64,000 nucleotides of DNA, taken from NCBI GenBank assembly GCA_016184145.1, contig JACPDF010000030.1:76-64075 (forward strand), read 5' to 3'. Below, piece by piece: positions 32,982 through 43,073 of the stretch. How positions within the stretch are numbered: position 1 is the stretch's first letter; each line of letters begins with the position of its first letter. Below the pieces are notes generated by a model that did not search any database, was not told where the DNA came from, and saw only the letters and a list, made by a program, of their open reading frames with translations. The stretch is from Candidatus Woesearchaeota archaeon (GTDB taxonomy: Archaea > Nanobdellota > Nanobdellia > Woesearchaeales > GW2011-AR4). Position numbers and translations under genes: made by a program.

Positions 32982-33920
32982 CTAAAAAACAGAATCAAGA
33001 GCATACGCAGCTGTTAATAACAGCCCAAAAACAAGATGAAGCATAATAGTGGCTTTGTTTGTCGGCAATAATTCCTCAATTTTATCATAATTTTTGATTA
33101 GGTTTTTTATTGCTGTATAGGCTAATGGCAGTGAAAAAAACACTATCAGGGCATAATACGGCATCAATCCGGAAATTGCTCCTGCCATCACAATAATATA
33201 AGCCAATATTAAAAATGCAATGTAAATATTAACAGAAAATTTCTTACCAAATAGGACAACTATGGTGTTTTTTCTCACTTTTTTATCCGCTTCATAGTCC
33301 GGAAACTCGTTTATGAAAAGCACCAAGGCAATTAATATAGCGACAGGAATTGAGATGAAAAATGAGCTTAAAGTAACGGCTTTAGCCTGCACAAAATAAG
33401 AGCCCAAAACCATAAGGGGGCCAAAACCAATGCCCGTGGTTATTTCCCCAAGGCCGTTGTAGCCGATCTTAAATGGAGGCGCAGTGTAAAACAATCCCAA
33501 AAATATCCCAATACCGACTAAAACCAGAATAGTATTTCCTGGAAGAATATAATTCAGGTAAATGCCGATGGATGCTCCAAGGGCAAAAAACAATATTGCA
33601 GCTGTTAAAATTTGCCCAGCAGAGATGAGTTTTTCCTGAATAACGCGGCTTCCTCCGCTAAACATGGTTGGAGTTTTGTTGGCTTCGTCATTTCCGCTTA
33701 TATGGTCAAAATAATCATTTGACAGATTGACTCCCAGATGGACAAATACAGCGCCTATCAGAGCGAGAAAAAACAGGGGCCAAGAAAAAACATTAAAGTC
33801 GTGCCATGCCGCCACAGCTCCAAAAATAACCGGGACTAAAGTTGCAGTAAGGAAAGGCACCCTTGTAGCCCTAAACCACAGCTTTATTTTTTCCATTTTA
33901 AAAAATCCAATAATTAACAA
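32982..33920 (-). CDS. UbiA-family prenyltransferase (MenA-like)
   Basis: About 8-9 TM helices and an NDYFDHISGNDE motif (NDxxDxxxD). Confidence 0.8.
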   Translation of the reverse strand: MLIIGFFKMEKIKLWFRATRVPFLTATLVPVIFGAVAAWHDFNVFSWPLFFLALIGAVFVHLGVNLSNDYFDHISGNDEANKTPTMFSGGSRVIQEKLISAGQILTAAILFFALGASIGIYLNYILPGNTILVLVGIGIFLGLFYTAPPFKIGYNGLGEITTGIGFGPLMVLGSYFVQAKAVTLSSFFISIPVAILIALVLFINEFPDYEADKKVRKNTIVVLFGKKFSVNIYIAFLILAYIIVMAGAISGLMPYYALIVFFSLPLAYTAIKNLIKNYDKIEELLPTNKATIMLHLVFGLLLTAAYALDSVF

Positions 33921-33973
33921 TGAAAATTATAATTTCAATTTTTAATAATCAAATAAAAAAAATAAAAAAAAGC

Positions 33974-34420
33974 TCAAAAGTCCTTTTTGAACAAGGCTTT
34001 TTCCAATGACCATTTTCCTGCTCCGCTCAAAACCAAAGCTATCGCAATAAGGAACAGCGCAAATACGAACTCAAATCCCATTGGCAGGAAAAATCCACTT
34101 TTCATATGCACCAATATGAATGCAAAGAACATGTCTATCGCTATCAGCAAGGATGCATATCTGGTAAACAAGCCCAATAAAACCAATAATCCTCCAAAGA
34201 ACTCGACAGCAGCAACCACCACTCCAATTAATCCTGGCAGCACAACCCCCAAGCTTGCCATAAATCCCTGGGTGCCGCTAATCCCTGGACCTCCAAAAGC
34301 GCCAAACATTTTTTGCGCGCCATGCATTAAAAATACGATGCCTAAAGCAAGCCTTAAAGGCATTGTCGCCCAATCAGCATATTCTTTTTTCCAAAGCATA
34401 TGACCACCCAATTCAGCCAA
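33974..34420 (-). CDS. DoxX family membrane protein
   Basis: Four TM helices. ..PLRLALGIVFLMHGAQKMFG.. is typical DoxX. Confidence 0.75.
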   Translation of the reverse strand: MAELGGHMLWKKEYADWATMPLRLALGIVFLMHGAQKMFGAFGGPGISGTQGFMASLGVVLPGLIGVVVAAVEFFGGLLVLLGLFTRYASLLIAIDMFFAFILVHMKSGFFLPMGFEFVFALFLIAIALVLSGAGKWSLEKALFKKDF

Positions 34421-34455
34421 ATTCTAGCATATATTTAAATTTTATTATTCTTATT

Positions 34456-35292
34456 CTATTTTTTACCTCCGATTTTTTCCATGATCTCTTCCCTTATCTT
34501 GGTTTTTATTATGAATACTTTCCCTACAGTCATATTGCTGCTGACAGTTATGCTGATCTCGCCTATTATATACGGGCCTGACATTCTCAGCCTCAAATCC
34601 TTCAGCTTCACTTTTGGATGCTTACTGATTATTTTTAAAATCTCTCTTACTAATTCAGGGTTGTTAAAGCCGTCAATCAAAATCAATGAAGCCTGTTTTA
34701 TTGTGGTAATCGCAACCGAGATAATAAACACGCCTACAATTAAGGCGCCTATGGCATCCCCCCAAGCAAAGCCCATATAAGAGAGAAAAACTCCGGTAAG
34801 AATTACCAGCGAGCTAGTCCAGTCTTTTGTAGAAACTTTCGCATCTGCTTTGACAGAAAGCAGCTTGTAGGATTTAGCCAGCCTGTTTTTGATTATTGAA
34901 ATCCATAATGAAGTTAAGCCGCCTATCAGCAGGATTATCATTGCCGTCAATGGATATACTATTCTGACAGGATTAACAAGCCTTAAATACGCGCTATAAA
35001 AAATGAAAATGCCCATAATTATCATAGCCAGCGCTACCATCATGGATACCAGCGTCTCAACGCGGTAATAGCCGAAATGGAATTTGTTATCGGGGGTTTT
35101 TCTGGAAATCCTGAGGCCAAACCATACCATGAATGATATGACGGAATCGCTGATGGAGTCTATGCCGTCTGCAATCAAGCCGATGCTTTTTGAGAAATAC
35201 CCCGCAAAAATTTCCACTATGCCTATTAAAGTTAATACTATTGCGGAAACCAATACGATTTTTTCTATTTTTCTTAGGTCTTTTGCCTTCAT
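34456..35292 (-). CDS. cation diffusion facilitator (CDF) family transporter
   Basis: ..SIGLIADGIDSISD.. and ..FHFGYYRVETL.. motifs, six TM helices and a C-terminal cytoplasmic domain. Confidence 0.85.
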   Translation of the reverse strand: MKAKDLRKIEKIVLVSAIVLTLIGIVEIFAGYFSKSIGLIADGIDSISDSVISFMVWFGLRISRKTPDNKFHFGYYRVETLVSMMVALAMIIMGIFIFYSAYLRLVNPVRIVYPLTAMIILLIGGLTSLWISIIKNRLAKSYKLLSVKADAKVSTKDWTSSLVILTGVFLSYMGFAWGDAIGALIVGVFIISVAITTIKQASLILIDGFNNPELVREILKIISKHPKVKLKDLRLRMSGPYIIGEISITVSSNMTVGKVFIIKTKIREEIMEKIGGKK

Positions 35293-35377
35293 TTTGATTT
35301 ACTTCAATAAATTAAAATTAATGGCGCTGCAAATCAAGTTTTAAGCAGCCTAAAGCTGATATTTATATTTGAATTGC

Positions 35378-37039
35378 TTACATTTTCTCCAGAACACCTA
35401 TGCCAAGCAGATTTAAGCTGTTTTTTAGCGTCTGCCTTACACTTTCCGCTAATAGCAGCCTTGCTTCCCTGACGCCTTTTTCCTCTTTCAGGATGTTATG
35501 GATATGATAGAATTCATTAAACTGCTTTGCAAGCTCGTAAGCATAGTTTGCTATTATGTTCGGCCTTAATTCCTTTGCAGCCCTTTCCAGCAAATCTGGA
35601 AACATTGCTGTTTTTTTAATTAGCCCAGTCTCCTCTTTTTTGACCAATAATGAGAAATCCGCTTTTTTCGGCATCTGCCTGCGGTGCTTTTTTATTATGC
35701 TGCTTATCCTTGCATAGGCGTACTGTATGTAAGGCGCTGTCTCGCCCTCAAAGCTTAAAGCCTGCTGCCAGTTAAAGATGACATTTTTTTCAGGGCTCAC
35801 TTTCAGGATGCTGTACTTCAATGCTCCATGGCCGATTGCATTAGCTGCTTTCTGGTCTATTTTTTTGTATCTTTGCTTTAATTCATCAGATGATTTTTTT
35901 ACCGCTTCCTGCATAAAATCCTCTAAAAGCACCAGGTTTCCTTTTCTTGTTGACATCTTGCCCTCTTCCAGCAAAACGAAAGAGTAATGCACTGCTTTCC
36001 TGGGCTTTTTTTCCAGCATCAATAAAGCTGCGTTAATCTGCTCATTGTAGAGCTTCTGGTCTTCCCCCAAAACAACAATGTTTTCCCTTTTTTTCCCCAT
36101 ATCCAGTGCATAGGCAATGTCCCTTAATGAATATAAGGATGTGCCGTCGCTTCTTGTAAGGACGAGTACCGGCATCTTCATTCCAAGCTCAAAGCCCTTC
36201 TGGTCAAGAACAACCCTGTCATCCTTGTCAAAATAGAATTTTCCGGTTTTTTTTAGCAGCTCTAAAACCTCATTTGTCTTTTTGCTCCAGAGGTAAGATG
36301 ATTCATAATCAAAAACATCATACTTAATCCCTAATTCCGAGAGAATTTTTACCTGGCCTTTTACAGCAATATCCACAACTTTTTTGAATTCGCTTTTTAT
36401 CTTTTTGTCCCCTTTTTCAAGCTTGTTGAGTGTATCAAGAACTTCCTTTTCCTTTTCAGGATTGCTTTCCACTTCCCTGCTTATTCCCTGGTAGATTTTC
36501 AATAAACTCTCAAAAGCAGCATCTTTCTTTTTTCTTGTGCCTAGAACAAGCATAGCAATCTGCTTTCCGATATCATTTACATAATAATGGACTTCTACCT
36601 TATAGCCCTGGAATCTCAGGATTCTTGCCAAACAATCCCCTATCAATGCGTTCCTTGCCCTGCCTACATGGGGGCTTGCATTTGGGTTGATGCTTGTATG
36701 CTCTAAAATTATCTTTTTGTTTTTTCCGATGTTTGAAGAGCCGTATTTTTCCTTTTCTTTCAGGATTTTTTTTAATGTCTCTTCTGTTAAAGCATTTTTG
36801 TTTATGAAGAAATTGAGGTAAGGGCCTATAACCCTTATTTCATCTATGAACCTGTCTTTTTTCAGTTTTTTTGATAAATCCGAGGCAATATCATTCGGGT
36901 TCTTTTTGTATGTTTTTGCCAAAGGAAAGCACGGAAAAGCGTAATCTCCCATTTCAGGGTTTGGAGGGATTTCCAATTCTATTTCCTGGTTTACCTCTTT
37001 TTTTAATAAATTAATAATATGCTCCTTGAATTTGTTCAT
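35378..37039 (-). CDS. argS: arginyl-tRNA synthetase
   Basis: ..HTSINPNASPHVGRARNALIGD.. (HIGH-like) and a C-terminal DALR anticodon-binding region ..ANYAYELAKQFNEFY... Confidence 0.95.
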   Translation of the reverse strand: MNKFKEHIINLLKKEVNQEIELEIPPNPEMGDYAFPCFPLAKTYKKNPNDIASDLSKKLKKDRFIDEIRVIGPYLNFFINKNALTEETLKKILKEKEKYGSSNIGKNKKIILEHTSINPNASPHVGRARNALIGDCLARILRFQGYKVEVHYYVNDIGKQIAMLVLGTRKKKDAAFESLLKIYQGISREVESNPEKEKEVLDTLNKLEKGDKKIKSEFKKVVDIAVKGQVKILSELGIKYDVFDYESSYLWSKKTNEVLELLKKTGKFYFDKDDRVVLDQKGFELGMKMPVLVLTRSDGTSLYSLRDIAYALDMGKKRENIVVLGEDQKLYNEQINAALLMLEKKPRKAVHYSFVLLEEGKMSTRKGNLVLLEDFMQEAVKKSSDELKQRYKKIDQKAANAIGHGALKYSILKVSPEKNVIFNWQQALSFEGETAPYIQYAYARISSIIKKHRRQMPKKADFSLLVKKEETGLIKKTAMFPDLLERAAKELRPNIIANYAYELAKQFNEFYHIHNILKEEKGVREARLLLAESVRQTLKNSLNLLGIGVLEKM

Positions 37040-37133
37040 AAGGGAAATTAAAAGTAGGTGGAATATATAGTTTTTGGTTGTACTGGTGTAAATAGAAAAG
37101 TTTAAATAGTATTACTATAGTAATACTTTTTAG

Positions 37134-37334
37134 GTGATGCAAATGGACACTGTTCCTGCGAAATTGACTAAAAGGCTCATAGAAGAGGCAGATGAGCTCA
37201 TAAAAGAAGGATGGTACGCAAACAAATCCGAACTTATAAGGGACGCTGTAAGGGAGCTCATTAACAAGAACAAAATGCAGAAATTGGAGAAGGCCATAAA
37301 GGAAGATGTAGAGTGGGGACTCTATGGCAGATAA
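37134..37334 (+). CDS. ribbon-helix-helix (CopG-like) antitoxin
   Basis: ..VPAKLTKRLIEEADELIKEGWYANKSELIRDAVRELI.. is an RHH pattern. It overlaps the downstream PIN-like gene. Confidence 0.6.
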   Translation: MMQMDTVPAKLTKRLIEEADELIKEGWYANKSELIRDAVRELINKNKMQKLEKAIKEDVEWGLYGR

Positions 37335-37812
37335 AGCCTGCTCTGATACTGGACCTGTCCTGCATTTGCATGAAATAAGCCAATCTCAATTGTTAAAAGT
37401 TTTCTCAAAAATTTTTATTTCTGGTTTTATAAATGAAGAATTATTAAAATACAAAATTGAAAAGCTGCCAAGGAATATAGAATTAAAGCCTGTGGATAAT
37501 GACCAGGTAGCGCTTTTAGCTGAAAGATTTGCCCTGAGCATCGCAGAAGCCTCTGCTCTCTGGATGTGCGAATGCCTCAAAGTGCCTATTTTGCTCACTG
37601 ACGATTTAGATGCAAGGCAAGCTGCAATTGATATGGGCATAAAGCCTGTGGGCACAATTGGAATAATAATAAGATGCTTTAGGGAAGAGATTATTAATGA
37701 AAAAGAAGCAGTGCAAATCTTAGAAGGCATTTATAAAAATTCATCGCTTTTTTTGACCCGCTCCTTGATAAAATACGCTGTTAGCGAAATCAGAAGATTC
37801 AGAAAAAAGTGA
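37324..37812 (+). CDS. DUF3368-type PIN-like nucleic-acid-binding protein
   Basis: ..SDTGPVLHL... and ..LLTDDLDARQAA.. resemble COG2405/DUF3368. Confidence 0.6.
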   Translation: MADKACSDTGPVLHLHEISQSQLLKVFSKIFISGFINEELLKYKIEKLPRNIELKPVDNDQVALLAERFALSIAEASALWMCECLKVPILLTDDLDARQAAIDMGIKPVGTIGIIIRCFREEIINEKEAVQILEGIYKNSSLFLTRSLIKYAVSEIRRFRKK

Positions 37813-37986
37813 GAGTTATTCAGCTTACTTGAAGTTGTTCATAAAAAATTTAGAATTAAGTTTAATATAAATTTAATGGTTTTTGATTAATAGTATATTC
37901 TGCAGCTTTATCTAAAAATGTCATCAAAATCTTATAAGACTTAAGCGTTTTTCTGTCCATGCCTTACTAAGTATAGTTATTGCATT

Positions 37987-38583
37987 TTAACGAATCCCAT
38001 AATTATCTAACATACGTGTCAATCTTTTTTCTACATGAGCATCTCTTACGGAAGGAACTCTTTCTCTAGTAATATTAATTGAGTGGCCTTCAAGGCTATA
38101 TTGCATTTTTCTATCGCCAATTTGAGTTGGAATTGGATGTTGTCCTTTAACATATTCAACTAAAGCGTCATTTAGAGAGGTTGGTTGGACTACCCAAAAA
38201 TTGCTCCAATATGTTAAGTCAGATGAGCAAGCCAATGTAGCTAATCTTCTTTGTCTAATCAGCACCGTAGTTTTTCCATTTTCATGAGCCAAACAAATTC
38301 CAATTCCTGGCCCTTCCCCAATAAGCTCCAAAACATTTTTATTTTCTAAGAGTTCACTTATGTCAGCTGATCCACTTTTTGTCACATAAATTGGATTATC
38401 TCCTAATGCACTTTGATATGTTGCAAGAACTCTGTTATGCAAGTAATTTGCAATACTAACAAAGCCTCCAGGTGTAATTTCGACTTTCAGCATTTCCAGT
38501 TCAGGGTTGCCAGCACTAAAGTCTACAGGCACAACTCTGACTACATTGCCTTCTTCATGTTGTACGGGTTTTATTAATTTCAT
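37987..38583 (-). CDS. hypothetical protein
   Basis: Start taken at MKLIKPVQ (38583), 1 nt after the upstream lipoprotein stop. No motif recognised. Confidence 0.45.
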   Translation of the reverse strand: MKLIKPVQHEEGNVVRVVPVDFSAGNPELEMLKVEITPGGFVSIANYLHNRVLATYQSALGDNPIYVTKSGSADISELLENKNVLELIGEGPGIGICLAHENGKTTVLIRQRRLATLACSSDLTYWSNFWVVQPTSLNDALVEYVKGQHPIPTQIGDRKMQYSLEGHSINITRERVPSVRDAHVEKRLTRMLDNYGIR

Positions 38584-38584
38584 T

Positions 38585-38950
38585 TTAATCAACCACTTCC
38601 TTAAAATCTGGATTATCAAGCTCTTTTTTATAGCCAACAACCAATTCATCATCAACTATCCTTCTTACGTTCTTATACGTGCTTTCATAATAAAATTCTT
38701 CCTGCTCATCTTTATCTTCCCTCAATGCCCTTATTTTATTGAGTTCGCTTCTTTTTTCTTTTGTTTCTGTATTCCATGCCAAAGGGGCATTTTCCTCAAC
38801 AACAAATGTTTTTGGCTGCCCTTTTTCCGCTGCCATAGACTCATCCACAACATAGACTTTTGGAGCTGCTGGAACTGGCTGCTCATAAGCGCAGCTAGAC
38901 AAAAGAAATATTGCTAATACTGATAAAACAAACATTAATTTCACTTTCAT
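38585..38950 (-). CDS. putative lipoprotein
   Basis: Start at MKVKLMFVLSVLAIFLLSSC (lipobox LSSC). The tracked ORF extends to 39022. Confidence 0.5.
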   Translation of the reverse strand: MKVKLMFVLSVLAIFLLSSCAYEQPVPAAPKVYVVDESMAAEKGQPKTFVVEENAPLAWNTETKEKRSELNKIRALREDKDEQEEFYYESTYKNVRRIVDDELVVGYKKELDNPDFKEVVD

Positions 38951-39102
38951 ACAGTAGTGAATAATTCTATTTTCATTTATAAATCTATCGGTTTTTTGAT
39001 AGGGAAATCTGGTATAAAACAAAAATCATTCCGTTGCTTCGCAACAAATTTTACACTCGGCAAATTTTTTTTCCTGCCAATAAAATTTCGCCTCGAATCT
39101 CA

Positions 39103-39148
39103 TAGAAATCTGAAGGATTTCTAGGATGCCAAAAATCTTTGATTTTTG
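39103..39148. repeat. double-hairpin repeat, copy D (intergenic)
   Basis: TAGAAATC-TGAAG-GATTTCTA (39103-39123), spacer GGATGC, CAAAAATC-TTT-GATTTTTG (39130-39148). More small palindromes follow up to about 39235 (AGGCAC..GTGCCT, GTGC-GAA-GCAC). Confidence 0.7.
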
Positions 39149-39264
39149 TGCATATTGACAATAAATAGGCGAGGCACGAGCGCAATGTTGAGAAGCGAGT
39201 GCCTAGCACTATAATTTGTGCGAAGCACCGAATTAAAAAGCATTCAATTATTTAATCGAAGAAA

Positions 39265-39495
39265 TTATTTCTTTTTCTTGGCAATATCATCAATCTTCTG
39301 CTCAAGCCTTGCCATATCATTTTTAATTTGCTTATAGAACTCAAATGTTTTTTTCAGATAAATCAGCCTTATAGCAAGAATCACCAAATAAATCCCGAAA
39401 ATGCCGCCAACAAGCAGGCTTATAGTGCCGATAAGCTGCTCTACAGTTGAATAATACGGGGTCAGAAATGCAACAGTAGTGTTTAAATCAGCCAT
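39265..39495 (-). CDS. hypothetical small membrane protein
   Basis: 76 aa with one TM helix and a C-terminal coiled coil. It overlaps the ribB stop. Confidence 0.4.
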   Translation of the reverse strand: MADLNTTVAFLTPYYSTVEQLIGTISLLVGGIFGIYLVILAIRLIYLKKTFEFYKQIKNDMARLEQKIDDIAKKKK

Positions 39496-40135
39496 AGACT
39501 ACACTGCTTTCTTCAACTTTATTAACCTTTTTATTTTTCAGATAACGCGCTAAATCGCTTATCTTGACTATTTTCATGCCATTGTGCTTTTTTGAGAACT
39601 CAATAAGGTCAGGCATCTTTGCCATTGTGCCGTCTTCGTTTATTATCTCGCATATTACGGCTGCGGGATACAAAGCAGCAAGCTTTGCCAGGTCCACAGA
39701 AGCTTCCGTATGCCCTTGTCGCGCCAAAACGCCCCCTTCACGGTATATCAAGGGAAATAGATGACCCGGCCTGATGAAATCTTCCGGTTTTGTTTTTGAA
39801 TCGACAAGGGCCTTTATTGTTGCTGCGCGGTCAGCTGGAGAAATCCCTGTTGTTGTCCCGTTCTTATAATCAACTGACACTGTGAACATGCACCTGTTTA
39901 TCTCATTATGGTTTACCATTGGAGGTATTTTAAGCTGCTCCAGCCTTTCCCTTACTATTGGCATGCAGACTAAGCCGCGGGCATGGGTTATCATATAATT
40001 TATCTTATGGGCACTTGCTTTTTCTGCCGCAAGAACCAAATCCCCTTCATTTTCCCTGTCTTCATCATCAATGACAATTACAAATTTTCCCCTTTTAATA
40101 TCGCTAATTGCCTCTTCTATTTTGCTGAATACCAT
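39488..40135 (-). CDS. ribB: 3,4-dihydroxy-2-butanone-4-phosphate synthase
   Basis: ..VIVIDDEDRENEGDLV.. and ..GHTEASVDLA.. motifs. Confidence 0.93.
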   Translation of the reverse strand: MVFSKIEEAISDIKRGKFVIVIDDEDRENEGDLVLAAEKASAHKINYMITHARGLVCMPIVRERLEQLKIPPMVNHNEINRCMFTVSVDYKNGTTTGISPADRAATIKALVDSKTKPEDFIRPGHLFPLIYREGGVLARQGHTEASVDLAKLAALYPAAVICEIINEDGTMAKMPDLIEFSKKHNGMKIVKISDLARYLKNKKVNKVEESSVVYG

Positions 40136-40213
40136 CTCCCGTAAGTTTAAGTAAGAGGTTTTTATAGTTTTCTATTTTAAAATTAAAATAAAAAGCCTGT
40201 ATGGCCCTGCTTT

Positions 40214-41284
40214 TTACAGGTAACCTTCTACTAGAAAATCCTTGCCTATTTTCTGTGTGGAAACATTCTTAAGGTTGAGGGCCTTGTTTACTTTTTTTAT
40301 GTTGAGGTTCTTTATGGGGCTAAAGCCATTGCCTATGATCTTTGGTGCAGTGAACATCATTATCTTGTCCAAAATCCCTTCTTTTATTGCGCTGCCGCTC
40401 AGCTCAGCGCCGCCTTCTATCATCACAGAGGCTATGTCTGATTTTACAAGTTCTTTCATTAATTCTTTCAAGTCAACGAGGCCTTTTTTAGGCTTTAATG
40501 TCAATATTGTAACGCCTTTCTGGTGCAATTTGTCTATCCTGCTTTTTGACGCTTTATTTGTTGTTGCTATGATAACCTTGCTGGGATCCTTTAGGACTTT
40601 TGCTTTTTCAGGAATCTTTAATGTTGAGTCAACTATTATCTTTATCGGGTTTTTTCCCTTGACAAGCCTTGAATCAAGCAATGGGTCGTCTCTTATTACA
40701 GTATTTATCCCTACCATAACAGCATCCGCCTCATTCCTTATCTGATGCACATATGTCCTGGCTTCCTTGCTCGTTATGTATTTTGAGTCACCGCTCTGGG
40801 TTGCAATTTTGCCGTCAAGGCTTGTTGCCAATTTCAATATAACAAAGGGCATTTTCTTTTTCATGTACTTGATATAGATTTCATTAAGCTTTTGCGCTTC
40901 GTTCTTTAGAATTCCTATCTTTGTTTTTAAGCCGCGGAATTTCAGCTCTTTGAAGCCGTCCACAACCGGATTGGGGTCTTCCATCGCTACAATAACTTCC
41001 CTTATCCCTGCCTGGACAATGCTTTCAGTGCACGGAGGAGTTTTTCCCCAATGAGAACAAGGCTCTAAATTGACATACATTGTGGCATTATTTGCCTTCT
41101 TTCCTGCCGACCTTATGGCATTGATTTCTGCATGCTCTTCGCCATATTTTTTGTGGTAGCCCTTGCCAACGATTTTTCCGCGCTTTACGATAATGCAGCC
41201 AACAAGCGGGTTAGGGCTTACATAGCCCCTGCCTTTTTCAGCAAGCTTAAGGGCTATATCCATATATTTCTTATGCGAAATCAT
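40214..41284 (-). CDS. ribD: bifunctional riboflavin deaminase/reductase RibD (bacterial type)
   Basis: HAEINAI and PCSHWGKTPPC deaminase motifs plus a C-terminal reductase domain. Start at MISHKKYMD (41284). Confidence 0.9.
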   Translation of the reverse strand: MISHKKYMDIALKLAEKGRGYVSPNPLVGCIIVKRGKIVGKGYHKKYGEEHAEINAIRSAGKKANNATMYVNLEPCSHWGKTPPCTESIVQAGIREVIVAMEDPNPVVDGFKELKFRGLKTKIGILKNEAQKLNEIYIKYMKKKMPFVILKLATSLDGKIATQSGDSKYITSKEARTYVHQIRNEADAVMVGINTVIRDDPLLDSRLVKGKNPIKIIVDSTLKIPEKAKVLKDPSKVIIATTNKASKSRIDKLHQKGVTILTLKPKKGLVDLKELMKELVKSDIASVMIEGGAELSGSAIKEGILDKIMMFTAPKIIGNGFSPIKNLNIKKVNKALNLKNVSTQKIGKDFLVEGYL

Positions 41285-41308
41285 CCAACCAAAACCCCCA
41301 TTGCCAGC

Positions 41309-41406
41309 GGGAATTTCTAACGAAATTCCGAGCATTCAGCAAACTGAATACAACGGGAATTGTTTGCACAATCCCGAGTATTTGACAAGCAAATATAACG
41401 GGAATT
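41309..41406 (-). promoter_or_regulatory. repeat-containing leader upstream of ribD (three AATTCCCG units plus hairpins)
   Basis: Minus sense: AATTCCCGTT at 41397-41406 and 41352-41361. Palindrome CGGAATTTC-GTTA-GAAATTCCCG at 41309-41330. Hairpin ATTCAG-TTTG-CTGAAT between them. Confidence 0.4.
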
Positions 41407-41496
41407 TAATTGTTTATTTAAATTTGTTTGTTTTAATTAAATGGGGATAACAGAAACTATGCGTATAAACAAATCTTGGGCGAATATAATCCTGTC

Positions 41497-42270
41497 CTAT
41501 GCACCTATTCTTACTTCAGGTTTATAATCAAATGCGTGGCTTGCCAGCTTAAAATACCTTGATAAAAAATACGCAGAAAAAGCAACCTTAAACCACAAAG
41601 GGGCATTTGTTTCAAATATTCCAGCTGAATTTTTTGGAATTGCCACTAAGATTTTTCTCTTAGTAAATTCGTAAAAATGAAGCAGATCCAAAACACCATA
41701 CCTACAAAATTTAGCCAACTCCTCTCTTGGAAATAGGTACAGATAATTTGGAAAGTCTTCCCGAATATCAATTAGAGCATCATATTGTATGTATGTATCT
41801 CCCATCCTTTCAAATTTTCTTCCAAATTCAAACTCCCTTTCAAAAAGGATCAATGAGGTAATCTTAAATCCTGACAAGTAATGTTTTTTATTCCTTTCTC
41901 TAAGCTCAGCTTCACTTAAGGGAGACCTGCTTCTTATTATGCTATTATCAACTAGGAACCCTTCTATGTTGGCTATAAAATAATCTATAATTCCCCGACC
42001 ATATGCGTCAGACAGTCTTCCAAAAAATGAGGATGTTCTTATACCCCTCTTAAAGTCGTGCATCTTATTTATCTCGTCCTCTAATTCAGATTTAACCTCT
42101 TCAGCACCTTTCTCATTATTATCATTCAAATTATCTAAATTTCTTAGATAGCAGTATGATCTTAGAAATTCTTGTACTTTTTTCTCTCCATAAACTACCC
42201 TAATCAACTCAGCAAAACGTATTGCAGCCTTTACTTTCTCTTGTGCAAAGAAATTGCTTTCATCTAGCAT
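41497..42270 (-). CDS. squalene/phytoene synthase-like protein with a degenerate first Asp-rich motif
   Basis: ..YCYLRNLDNLND.. stands where Y.f.R..DD..D is expected. ..YIQYDALIDIREDFPNYLYLFPREELAKF.. resembles Q..NilRDv.eD...gR.YlP.eeL. Confidence 0.4.
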   Translation of the reverse strand: MLDESNFFAQEKVKAAIRFAELIRVVYGEKKVQEFLRSYCYLRNLDNLNDNNEKGAEEVKSELEDEINKMHDFKRGIRTSSFFGRLSDAYGRGIIDYFIANIEGFLVDNSIIRSRSPLSEAELRERNKKHYLSGFKITSLILFEREFEFGRKFERMGDTYIQYDALIDIREDFPNYLYLFPREELAKFCRYGVLDLLHFYEFTKRKILVAIPKNSAGIFETNAPLWFKVAFSAYFLSRYFKLASHAFDYKPEVRIGA

Positions 42271-42348
42271 TATAAGAGCTAAAGTGCTTTTATTTAAAAA
42301 TGTTTACTCCTTTCTAATAAGAACTTTTTTAACTGCTATACAGCACTT

Positions 42349-42747
42349 CTATTCTTTCCCCTTAAACCCCAAAGCCAGGGAATTTATGCAGTACCTTTTT
42401 CCTGTCGGTTTTGGGCCATCATTGAAGACGTGCCCCAAATGCCCTTTGCATTTTTTGCACATAGCTTCTATGCGGTGCATTCCATGGGAAAAGTCGTCTT
42501 TTAGTTCTATCTTGTCTTTAGAAACAGCGTCATAGAAGCTCGGCCAGCCGCTGCCTGAATCAAACTTTGTATCGGAAGAAAACAATTCATTTCCGCAGGC
42601 TGCGCAAACATACCTCCCTTTTTTCTTGTTGTGCAAAAGCTCTCCGGTAAAAGCAAGCTCTGTTCCTTTCTCCCTTAATATCCTGTATTGCTCAGGGCTT
42701 AGTTTTTTCTTCCATTCATCTTCCGGCAAATCACTTTTATTTTTCAT
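42349..42747 (-). CDS. msrB: peptide-methionine (R)-S-oxide reductase
   Basis: CAACGNELF..., GWPSF and ..[10 protein letters not shown]...RYCINS. Confidence 0.95.
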   Translation of the reverse strand: MKNKSDLPEDEWKKKLSPEQYRILREKGTELAFTGELLHNKKKGRYVCAACGNELFSSDTKFDSGSGWPSFYDAVSKDKIELKDDFSHGMHRIEAMCKKCKGHLGHVFNDGPKPTGKRYCINSLALGFKGKE

Positions 42748-42789
42748 GAATTATAATCAAAAATAAGAATTAATGAACTTATTGGAAAC

Positions 42790-43023
42790 TCACATCTTCT
42801 TCAAAGCCTTCTGAATCAAGGGAACAACTGCCTCAGCTTCGTCCTTGAACATCCTGCCCAATTTTGCAAAAGACCATACGCCTTCCTGGCTCATGTTTTC
42901 CCTTGAAATCTGCATCTTCTTTTCCCCGTCATTGTAAGAATATATGCCTACTTTTATCCTTGTTGTTTCAAAATTTGCTGTTTCTGAAAACAATTCCTTG
43001 TCAAGATTTTTATCAAATGCCAT
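42790..43023 (-). CDS. small PC4/YdbC-like protein (tentative)
   Basis: 77 aa. ..RIKVGIYSYNDGEKKMQISRE......WSFAKLGRMFKDEAEAV.. loosely fits YdbC-type ssDNA-binding proteins. Confidence 0.35.
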   Translation of the reverse strand: MAFDKNLDKELFSETANFETTRIKVGIYSYNDGEKKMQISRENMSQEGVWSFAKLGRMFKDEAEAVVPLIQKALKKM

Positions 43024-43073
43024 ATATTATCACCACAAATCAGGAATTGAGGCTGTTTTAAAAGTGTTTGGGT

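Noticed and set aside
41285-41425. A canonical FMN (RFN) riboswitch upstream of ribD.
   Set aside because: Only short strings resemble the RFN core, and invariant segments that I remember (AGGGCAGGGUG, GCCGACAGU.AAAGUC) are absent. I keep it only as a divergent-element hypothesis in the findings.
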